Notes under the pieces: model-generated
Database searches by the model: none
What the model was told of the DNA's origin: nothing
Seen by the model: only the letters and a program-made list of their open reading frames with translations
Origin: Octopus sinensis
Taxonomy: Eukaryota
Assembly (NCBI RefSeq): GCF_006345805.1
Contig: NC_042997.1
Span: 136,772,001-136,836,000, forward strand
DNA: 64,000 nt
Reading direction: 5' to 3'
In this document: positions 18,999 to 29,196 of the stretch, in pieces
Numbering within the stretch: position 1 is the stretch's first letter
Layout of the letters: each line of letters opens with the position of its first letter
Translations under genes and position numbers: made by a program

Positions 18999-20709
18999 CA
19001 GGCTTCCACACAGTTTCTATTTAACAAATTTACTCACAAGGCATTGCTCAGCCTGGAGCTATAGTAGGGTACACTTGTACAAGGTACCAGACAGTTGGAC
19101 TGAACCCAAAGCCACGTTGTTGCAATGCGATACAGCTGCGCCTGCACCTATAATCATTTGATTTTTTTTTTTTGGTTCATCATTATATTAATACAAGTAT
19201 CGCTGTATTATTAAGCAATTCCCTTTTCAGCCACATATTTTAGAGTTTCATGTTTCATCCCACAGTATCACATTTTAATCAAGTATTCTCTGCCATAACC
19301 TTGTTAGTGAAATTGGATAAACAATAACTTTGTTAAAATCTGATAGACTGTATGTGTATTTGAATTGTAGGCTTTATTGCCCATCTAACACCGCCACCTA
19401 GCCTTTGGCTGCTCCTAGTGGAGTTCAGACTTACTTTTTTATTTCTTCTTTTTCCTCTTCAGATGATAAACAGATTTGGTCTGTGAAGCAAACTCGAAGA
19501 TTACGTAGCTCCCGAAGTGCTGACTGCTGTTTTTTTGAAAAGAGTGGTAAAGCCATTTATATAGCAGGAGATAGACTATTTCAAATGATTTATGATTCTG
19601 AGCGACCAATAAATACAACTGAAGAAAAAGAACCATTAAAAGATGATTGCCGTAAGTATCTCGTAATAAGTATGAATCATCATCATCATCATCGTTTAGC
19701 GTCCGTTCTCCATGCTAGCATGGATTGGACGGTTCGACCGGGGTCTGGGAAGCCAGAAGGCTGCACCAGGCTCCAGTCTGATCTGGCAGTGTTTCTACCG
19801 CTGGATGCCCTTCCTAACACCAACCACTCCGTGGGTGTAGTGGGTGATTTTTACGTGCCAGGCGAGGCTGGCAACGGCCACAATCGGATTGGTGCTTCTT
19901 ACATGCTACCGGCACGGAAGCCAGTCAAGGCAGTGCTGGCATCGGCCATGTTTGGATGGTGTTTTTCACATGCTGCCAGCACGGAAGCCAGTCAAGGCAG
20001 CGCTGGCATCAGCCACGTTCGGATGGTGCTTTTTACATGCCACCGGCACAGGGATCACAGCTGCAGTTTCCATTGGTTTTTGAGGTTGGTGTACTTGACT
20101 CAATAGATCTCCTCAAGCACAGGGTCGAAACGGTGTTTCTTTACTTGCCACCTGCACAGGAGTCAGTCCAGCAGCCCTGAATGTGGGCATAATTTTACAA
20201 TCATAAAAGATACGTAGTTGATAAATAAGTAACTAGCATTTCATTACCATCCATTAAGTGATTTTGAATGATGTTAAAGGTACCTCTTTACTCCTATGAA
20301 ACTAATGAAAATCTACAAAGAAAATGTTAAACAGAAAGGGAAGCAGGAGGGGAAGAGAGAGAGACACATCTGCATGTTGGATGCTCCTGAACCAGTTGGT
20401 AAGTATCCCACCCATGAAGGATCGATGCTAGATGTGTCAAAATAATTGTAGTGATTAATAAAAATTCTCATATGTTCCATCTTCTGTCTTTCATTTAAAA
20501 TATATATATATTCAAAATGTGACATCGTGTGTACCGTTGGCGATTTTTTTTCCTCTGTCTTCCCTTCTCTGGATCTTTCCTCCTCCTATGTTTCCGACGA
20601 AGAGCTCCACTCGAAACGTTAAACCCTCCTTCTTTCCTGAGCGTCCAATAATACTATATTTGTTCCACGTCCTCGCGTTGTGTTTTTTTGGGCTTTCTTG
20701 CTTGGATTA

Positions 20710-20754
<45 letters not shown>

Positions 20755-21561
20755 CCAACCATATAGGTTCAGGTTCAATCAAACTGTGCAGATCCTTGGA
20801 TAAGTGTCTTCTATTGTAACCCTGACCTGCTCAAAGCCTTGTGAATGGATCTGGTAGATGAAAACTAGTGGTTAGGGATGTTCCACTCACAATCATGAGA
20901 TCGTGGTGTTGATTCTCAAACCAGCTGCACATAGTGTTCTTGAGCAAAACACTTCATTTCATGTTGCTCCAGTTCTCTCAGATGTAAATGGGTACCCCTG
21001 CAATGGATTAGTCTTCCAATCGGAGAATGTTGGCCTGCTTGCCTAGTCAGTGGTGTGGCATCATTCAGAAGCTAAAACAACACAAAGTGCATTGTGACCA
21101 GTGATGTATAACAACAACCAATAGCCTAGTCAATACCATGTGTGTGTGTATTTGTACATCTATATTTAAACAGTATATTATTAAATGATGTATTCATTTT
21201 TACATCTGTTTTTCTAACCTAGCAATGTATATTTATATGTGTGTGTGTAGTGTATGTACTTATGTATGTATGTGTGTGTGGTTGTTTGTGCCTCATTATC
21301 ATACAAGCCATGTCTTTCATTTCCAAATCTTTCATGAAAGCATGTCCAATTATGGGGAAATACTACCTTTTTGGATACAAGTAGGAGTTGGCAACAGGGA
21401 AGGTATCAGACTGTAGAAATCTGCATCGATGAATTCTGTCTTATCCTTGCAAGCATAGAAAAGTGGGAGGTAAAAACAATGATGGTGATATATATAAGAA
21501 AAAGATGTGTACAACAGATAAATAAACGACTGTGATGGAATAAGTTTATTTATACACTCAT

Positions 21562-21600
<39 letters not shown>

Positions 21601-24600
21601 CAGGGTGCACAAGATATTTGAGGACAGATTTATCATCATCATCATCGTTTAACGTCCGTTCTCCATGCTAGCATGGGTTGGACGGTTCGACCGGGCATCT
21701 GGGAAGCCAGAAGGCTGCACCAAGCTCCAGTCTTATCTGGCAATGTTTCTACAGCTGGATGCCCTTCCTAACGCCAACCACTCCGTGAGTGTAGTGGGTG
21801 CTTTTTACGTGCCACCTGCACAGGTGCCAGGCGAGGCTGGCAACGGCCACGGTCGGATTGGTGTATTTTATGTGCCACCGGCACGGAAGCCAGTCGAGGC
21901 GGTGCTGGCATCGGCCACAAGTCGGATAGTGCTTTTTACGTACCACCAGACCAGGGATCCTGGTTGGTTCAATTCGATTTCGATTTCGCTTGCCCCAACA
22001 TGTCTTCGCAAGCAAAGGGGGTTGGCATGGGTGCCTGTCGTACGGTCGGATTGGTGTATTTTATGTGCCACCGGCACGGAAGCCAGTGGAGGCGGCGCTG
22101 GCATCGGCCACGAGTCGGATAGTGCTTTTTACGTACCACCTGGGATCCTGGCTGGTTCAATTCGATTTCGATTTCGCTTTCGCTTGCTCCAACATGTCTT
22201 CGCAAGCAAAGGGGGTTGGCATAACTTTATTTATCAAAAAATGTTATGAGAATAAAAATAAAGCTTTTCTATAATGTTATTCAATAAAGCCACCTTCAGC
22301 TTCAACAACTGCTTCTATATGAGACCTAAGTCATCTACATGCTCGAATCAAGTGGTCCTGGTTCATTTTGGACATTACTTTGACTATGGCAGCTTTCAAA
22401 AAATCATTGGTGTTATAGGCATATTCATTGACCTCTCTCTCAACAACGCTCCACATGTAATAGTCCAATGGATTGAGATCTTGGGAATTAGAAGGCCAAA
22501 TGTTAAGAGTTATGTGATCAGGAAAATTTTCATCCATCCTTTCCTGTATTAATAGTGCAGAGTCTTACTGAAACACATGACTTTCCATTGCATACACTGT
22601 CTATCCAGGACTTCAATGTAAGGCAGCAGAGTTAACTCTAAGGCCTTGTGGAAAGAAGTAAGGAGGCATCACACATCCTTCATTGCTGACAACCCCTAAA
22701 ACCATGACAGTAAGGGGAAATTTTATATGCATAACACATGGAACTTCAGATGGGTCTACACATAACCATCTGTCATTTCTTCTGTTAACTTTTTGATCTT
22801 GGTCGAAGTTTTTCTCATTTGAGAAAAACCAAATCAAATCTTCTTCTGCTGGATTTTTCAGTTTATTTAATAGCCTTTTAAATCTAATGTAATAATTTTC
22901 TTTTGCTTTTTTCTGACAAATTGACCTTTCCCCATCATATAAGACTTATATCTGGTGTCTTTGTGGACAACATTTCTGACTGTTCCTTCTGATACATAGA
23001 GATCTTTTGCAATTGAGCTCGTGGACTTTCTGGGATTATAATCAATGGTCTGTTGAACTTGCTGGATAAATTCAGGTGTTCTGATGATTTCAGAGTGTTT
23101 AGAATGCTTTTTATGCTTTGATACTGGTGTTATGTTTCCATCTTCTGTCTCTAGCTCCTTACAAACTTTGTGGATGTAATATCTGACATCTTTTAAAAAT
23201 CGAGGTATTTCTAAATCACTATGCTCAGCTTTTATAACCACAATTACAGCATGCCTCTTCATTTCTTGAGTAAGCTGAGGGTCTGTCATTATCATTTTCT
23301 GAAACAAAGATTATACAGAGTTAGCAAAAAATGCAGCAATAACCCAAAAATGGTATCCTCAAATACCTTATGCACCCTGTGTATATATATATACACATGA
23401 ATATAATACCTTTCAACTTTTACTTACAGCCCCTGAATACACGTGGATGCAGAATGCAGAGTCTGTTACTGTTCATTTTTTGCTGCCAGAAGGAACACCA
23501 AAAGAATCAATTTACATCACTCTTCAATCTGATTACATTGATGTAGGATTTAAAACTGGTAACCAGTTGTTATCAGGACAACTTGACCATCTAATTAACA
23601 CACAAGAATCTACATGGACTTTAAATGATAACAAGTAGGAAGTTATTATTTTACATGTGCTTGTGTGTGGTTAAGATTTCTGCTTCTCAGCACATGGTTT
23701 TTGGGGGGTCGCTCTCACTGCACAGCACTTTGGGCAAGTGTCAACTATAGTCCCAAGCTGACAAAAACCTTTTTAGTGAATTGTTAGATGGTAATTAAAA
23801 GAAGAGTTGTGAGCGAGAGTGTGTGTGTGCGTGCACGCATGTGCATGTGTTTCTTTGTCTTAACATCACACTATAGTTGTAAAGATATATCACCGTCATA
23901 CAAGCAGTGATACTCGCTTCCAATCTTCCATGAAAACATGTCCAGCAATGGGGAAATATTATTACCTTGCTTAGAAACATGTGATGGTTGTTAACAGGAA
24001 GGGTATCTGATAGTAGAAAATGTACTCCACTAAATTCTATCTGAGCCATGCAAGTATAGAAAAGTGGGTGTTAAAATTATATACTATGTGAACTGAGATT
24101 CCCATGGACAATATTAAATAAAGTGCTAAACACATATATTGTGCAAATTAGTAACCCCATATCTCTGAAGCTACTGGATTGGCTGTGTATATAACCAAAT
24201 TGGCTTCTTATTTTTCTGTGATTGATGAAGTGATGTAAACATCTCTGATGAGAACCTAATAAGGTTTGAAAACTGATCAAGGATGTTTTTCAATCTGTAG
24301 AGAAATAGTTACACTTGCTGTGTTTATATATCTACTACATATAAACATTAACCACAGTAAACTCATCCAGCTATATTGCATTCCTAGTCCCAAGCTAACA
24401 AATATAATATTCATGAAGAAAAAAAACTCTTATGGTACTTTATAGCCTTTCTAGAAAATTTACCTTTCTCAACCAGTCCATACAAACAACAGAATATAGA
24501 AATGTTAAAATTCATGTTTCAAAAGATACCATTTGATCATATACATGTGTAACTGTCACACAATTGGTTTGAATCATTCATTATATTGTCTCTTAATTTA

Positions 24601-27600
24601 GATCATATTAAGGCTTTTTATTTAAAAAATGAGGACCCTCGCTGATATGTGCTAAAATAGATTTCAAGTGGATAGAAATAGCGGAAAGTCAGATTAAAAT
24701 AGTGTTCAGCATTTAGTTCCATTTTATATTGTGTTGAAACTTTTTACCAAGATACTATTGTAAGTTCAAATAACTGAGCAAAATAAGCCTTGTGCTTATG
24801 CAAAAAAAAAATTAATAGTCAATGGATAATCTTATTCTCTTTCAACATATTTATAAGTAAAATAAAAGCATATGGTTAGACATATCAGAACATATCCATT
24901 TCCTTTCTGTAAAACCGTTTTTATATACTCATTTTGTTTCTGTATATTTATATATTGTAGACTTGAAGTGTATTTGTCCAAGAGAGATGGAAGTATGTGG
25001 TCTCTTGTTGTCAGAGGTAATATGCGTGGTGAAATGGTTGCATCTGAGGAACAACTGGCTGAGATACACAATAGGTTATCTCATCTAACTTCTGAACAAT
25101 GGGTCAGTACCCTTTTCCTCTATATTTTGTAACTAGAAGATATTAATGTCATATCTATGGTTTACGAGTGCTCACAGTTATAGTCAATTACTTGCTGCAA
25201 AACTGTATTTAAAGGAGTTGATTGAATAAAATACATGCTCTTCTTTATCATTTAATAAATAAAATATATACAATTATATATATATATACACACATATATA
25301 GATATATATATACATATACACAAATCAAATCAAAATCAAAATCAAACAAAATCAAAATAGATGAACATCAATGGAATTTGTATCTTTGTGGTACCAGTGC
25401 CGGTGGCACACAAGAAAACCATCCGAACGTGGCCGTAGCCAGTACCGCACCGACTGGCCTCCATCCTGTGGGCACGTAACAATCACCATCCAATCGTGGC
25501 CGATCACCAGCCTAATCTGGCTCCTGTGTCGGTGGCACATAAATAAAAAAAAAATACCACCCGAGCGTGGTCGTCTGCTAGCCTTGTCTGGCACCTGTGT
25601 CGGTGGCACATAAAAACACCATCCGAGCGTGGCCATTCGCCAGCCTCGTCTGGCACCTGTGTCGGTGGCACATAAAAACACCATCTGAGCGTGGTCGTCT
25701 GCCAGCCTTGTCTGGCACCTGTGTCGGTGGCACATAAAAACACCAGCCGAGCGTGGCCGTTCGCCAGCTTCGTCTGGCACTTGTGTCGGTGGCACATAAA
25801 ATCACCCACTACACTCTCGGAGTGGTTGGCGTTAGGAAGGGCATCCAGCTGTAGAAACACTGCCAGATCTGACTGGCCTGGTGCAGCCTTCGGGCTCCCC
25901 AGACCCCAGTTGAACCGTCCAACCCATGCTAGCATGGAAAGCGGACGTTAAATGATGATGATGATGACACACACGCATATAAATATCTATATAAATACAT
26001 ATATATATATGTATGTATGTATATATACACGCATATATATATACACACTCACGAACGATGTCACAAATAACAGTAACAAACGAAATATACACCGCCTGAA
26101 GTAGTTAACAAACAACAGCAGTAATTTTATTCAGCTAAATACATATCACTGAGTGGTTGAAATTACCAAAATACAACTTAAACACAAAACTTTGAACATA
26201 TAAACTTTTCTCAACAACACTAAGAATAAAATGTGTTTTATATGACACATTCTTCCAATGTCCGAAGTTTGAAAGTGTTTTATTACAAAAAATTAATTTC
26301 TCAATCTGCCGTTCAAAGGGTAAAGCTCCTCAGTTTTTGTAAATTAAAACTGATCAGTAGTTCCTCTGCAATACAAATACAAGATTTTTAACAAATATTT
26401 TTCAAAAATATTCAGACTTCTACATGTTATTTTGATTTGCATTTATCAATTTCCAAGGTTATCTTCAGTAAAATTCATCATGTTTTTCTTTCAAAATTTC
26501 AATTTGCTTTATGAAATAGATCTGCTGGTTGCATAATCAATTAAGATACCAGCCTTCTGATTGAGAGATCCACAATTCATAACTTGTCTTTAACACTAAC
26601 CATGAACAACTCAGCATTGAGGGATATAGCGTTAATAACTCGGGATCTGTGGCTGATTAAGCATAACAACACAGAAACTTGTACTACAGTTTGATGACTT
26701 CAATCAATGTCCAGTTTAGTGTTTTCACACACATTGCCCATAAGGAGAATTTCTCTTCCAAAGCATTTTCCAGTCAAGGTCTTTCTACTTTTGAGTGTGT
26801 TAAATATAAATGTACATAACTTTATTTTTCAAATGTTAAATGAAATACTACACTTAAGAGTAAGAATACTTCGATTAATGGACGTTAAAAACAGTTCTAG
26901 TACTAATAAGTGTCGATTAGCATGTGTCATCAGCTGCTAAGAACAAAGGTTAAATCTCATTACTGATTCAACTAATGCAAGAAGAGATTTTATTTTCACA
27001 GCTCATAAATCTAAAAATGAAACAGAAATTGTCATATTGTTCTGCTAAAGCTACTGGTTATATGGAAATCCAATCCATGTGTTCCAACGTTGGTCGTTAA
27101 AGGGTATTAGCAATTCTTAGACTTAGAAAATGCATCTCTCTGAGAAACAATCATATATAATGGTTGTTTTTTTTTAATATTATTTTCATTTCTATTATTT
27201 TAACTCTGTAGAACCCCAATCCAGACAAGCAAAATAAACCCTTCAACAGCCAACAGTTAGAAGATTGTGATGCCTATCCCGATACACAGGCCATGTTAGT
27301 GCGTATTGATGGTGTCAAACATGAAATTACACACCAGGTAACTTCATTTTCTTTCCATCTTATCATTTTCACCTCCATTTTCCATAGCAGCATGGGTAGG
27401 CCATGTCTGCTTCATTATGTCACATCGTTTTGCTGTTTTGTCATCTGTGTGAGATTATGCAATCTTCACCATACCCACAAGCTCCTTCCAAATGGCACAT
27501 TTGACTCTTCTTAGCCATATTGTTATATAGTTGTTCTTTATATGCATCGCATGTCCAATGTAGTGTAGATTTCAAGCTACAACTAGTTTCTTTTTTCTCT

Positions 27601-28585
27601 CAGAACACTCATGGTGTCATTCATGCATGACGATTTATTCATCCAGTCGAGCATAGCTATCTCGTTTCTTCCCAGCATTCATACACTCTGCAATTAGTGT
27701 ATATATCTCACTTCTATACAAAACTTCACTTTGCATACAACCATCATATAATCTACTCCACTCTTAAAGAACTTTGTTGCTTACTGCAATAATAAATAGC
27801 TCCCTGAGCTTTCGCCTCTTCCATTACATTCTGATTATTGTTTCAACTGCTACTTAAGGTTACCCAAGTAACAAGTTGTTAGCTAATTGTAGTACGGTTA
27901 AAAGATTGCATTCATGCATATTATTTATGTCAGCTTTTCCTGAGATCCATTCCATATTACCTGCAAGCCTTTTATTTGTGTCATGAAACAGTAAAATCCA
28001 AGGAAAGTGATAGCATCATACTGTATTATATTAACAGATGAAATATTTATGATTCTCTCCAACTTTTGGGGGAGACTATTCGACTGTCTGAAATCAAATT
28101 TATTATTCACTCCTACATTTCAGGCCCATCTTGGAAGTCATCAATGGCTTTTCAACACCTTCACTGATGTTGAGAAAGCTCCTGCTGTCTGTCTACGCCA
28201 TGATGTTGATGGATTAGTGTGGCAGTTAGGTGATGATGACAGCTTTGACTTGGCTACACAACCATGGCGACATGTAGCAACATTCAACGCATTTGGTTAT
28301 GTTCAAGCTTCAAAACAACAAAAGAAATTTTCAACTTGTCCACCTGACTTCTCTTATGTAATCATCAGCGATTGTTCGAAACATTGTTACATATATCGTC
28401 AACCATTAGCCATTACTTCATCAATTAGAAACCGTAAGACTGGACATCAAGTAACAGCTGTTGCTAAGCAGCAAGTACTCTCTTTGGAAGCAGCAGAAAA
28501 TATTATGGGTGTCCAGGCAACTAATCATTATCTTTTTATTTTAACACCAACCAAACTTCTAGCTGTCAATATGGAATTACATTAA
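10486..28585 (+). CDS. NUDCD1: NudC domain-containing protein 1 (604 aa, 9 coding exons)
   Basis: Exons 10486-10606, 13123-13289, 14039-14245, 14654-14849, 19463-19651, 23430-23634, 24961-25102, 27212-27337 and 28124-28585 are all GT-AG and phase-compatible, totalling 1815 nt. Motifs LLNPNFDGYKLSLEPLP, YTWMQ (CS domain), CLRHDVDGLVW, HVATFNAFGYVQASK and VAKQQVLSLE match NUDCD1. Confidence 0.95.
12050..13000 (+). mobile_element. Degenerate RTE-like LINE ORF2 fragments
   Basis: Remnants EEVKIAIKQI and LPYQVLSSAL..YKDQLKHAM, with many stops. Confidence 0.5.
15130..16460 (+). mobile_element. Degenerate Penelope-like element (RT thumb and GIY-YIG region)
   Basis: DNIIPFTKQIRTNIVKLFCKVVSKHFSEKNKYHKIINSQKFRVSF resembles the PLE post-RT motif. 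Downstream STSLSKLIWSIK and RCELCVEE resemble the PLE endonuclease. Confidence 0.65.
16500..16952 (+). mobile_element. SINE with (GAT)n tail and internal 4x26-bp repeat
   Basis: Conserved 3' part ggcgttaggaagggcatccagctgtagaaac..catgctagcatgga..gatgatgatg. Unit gtaaaaagcactatccgacYYgtggc repeats at 16560-16663. Confidence 0.8.
17550..18920 (+). mobile_element. Helitron-like element with nested SINE (about 18590-18870)
   Basis: Ends cccgagcaaggccagg...CTAG|T and has a (TG)n near its 5' part. The 5' boundary is uncertain. Confidence 0.4.
19675..20180 (-). mobile_element. SINE of the (GAT)n-tail family
   Basis: Reverse complement of the same family as 16500-16952. Confidence 0.8.
20590..20624 (+). 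ncRNA. Minimal type I hammerhead-like motif in a Penelope-like pLTR fragment
   Basis: gttt-CCGACGA-A-GAG(ctcca)CTC-GAA-ACGT-T-aaac: stem I, core with a U4C change, stem II and palindromic stem III. Confidence 0.5.
21601..23379 (-). mobile_element. Defective Tc1/mariner (maT/DD37D-like) transposon with nested SINE (about 21633-22220)
   Basis: TIRs CAGGGTGCACAAGATATTTGAGGA at 21601 and its inverse ending at 23379, with TA on the left flank. Transposase fragments include an HTH, FFSNEK (catalytic D to N), FQ*DSA and WPSNSQDLNPLDYYMW. Confidence 0.88.
24237..24288 (+). ncRNA. Degenerate hammerhead-like motif
   Basis: aaacatct-CTGATGA-gaacc(taataa)ggttt-GAAA-actgaTC-aaggatgttt. Stem III is defective. 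Confidence 0.4.
25390..25975 (+). mobile_element. SINE of the (GAT)n-tail family with expanded ~60-bp internal repeats
   Basis: About five units of ggtggcacataaaaacaccatccgagcgtgg...tggcacctgtgtc followed by the canonical 3' tail. Confidence 0.8.
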
Positions 28586-29196
28586 ACTTAATTACCTTAC
28601 TGCTCTTTTCCAATTAAACTAATGAAATATTGGCTCTGAGTCTCTTTTTCTTTCTTTTGGTTATTCATACCTTGAATTGTCTAATATACCACAACCCCAC
28701 ACATTTGAGGGGTCTTGTGAGTTATGTGGTGGGAAGATTCTATGAAGAAAGCAACCAGTACAATGCAAAGGGGTTGGTCCTTGAACAAGCACCCAACTGC
28801 CAAAGCAGAAACTGGAGCTCAAGCAATCCTGTCTCTGTCAAACTGCCCAAAGCATGGAAGACAAGCATTAAATGAAGTACAATGCAAGACAAAAATTTAA
28901 TTTACAAATCCTATGCGTGAAATTATTTCAAGTATATTTATTGCATATTATTTACACTCATATTTGACTTATGATCACAAAGCTTTTTATTTTGATGTAA
29001 TAAAAAAATTTGTTTGAATATATAATACATACAAGGTCCTGTGAAAATAATGAAAAGGCTTAGTAACCATAATTTAAATATCATACAATGTGCAATACAA
29101 TAAATATAATTGAAATAATTGCACAAAGAATATTGTGGGTCAAATACGAAGATGAACACAAACCAAGTATTATATATTTAAGCTTTATTTTTCCAT

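Noticed and set aside
19405-20106. 233-aa ORF
   Set aside because: It is NUDCD1 exon 5 reading through the donor into a reverse SINE; the poly-His comes from the (CAT)n tail.
25540-25800. Regularly spaced repeats resembling a CRISPR array (also 16560-16663)
   Set aside because: The apparent spacers are near-identical to each other, the repeats lie inside SINEs, the context is eukaryotic and there are no cas genes.
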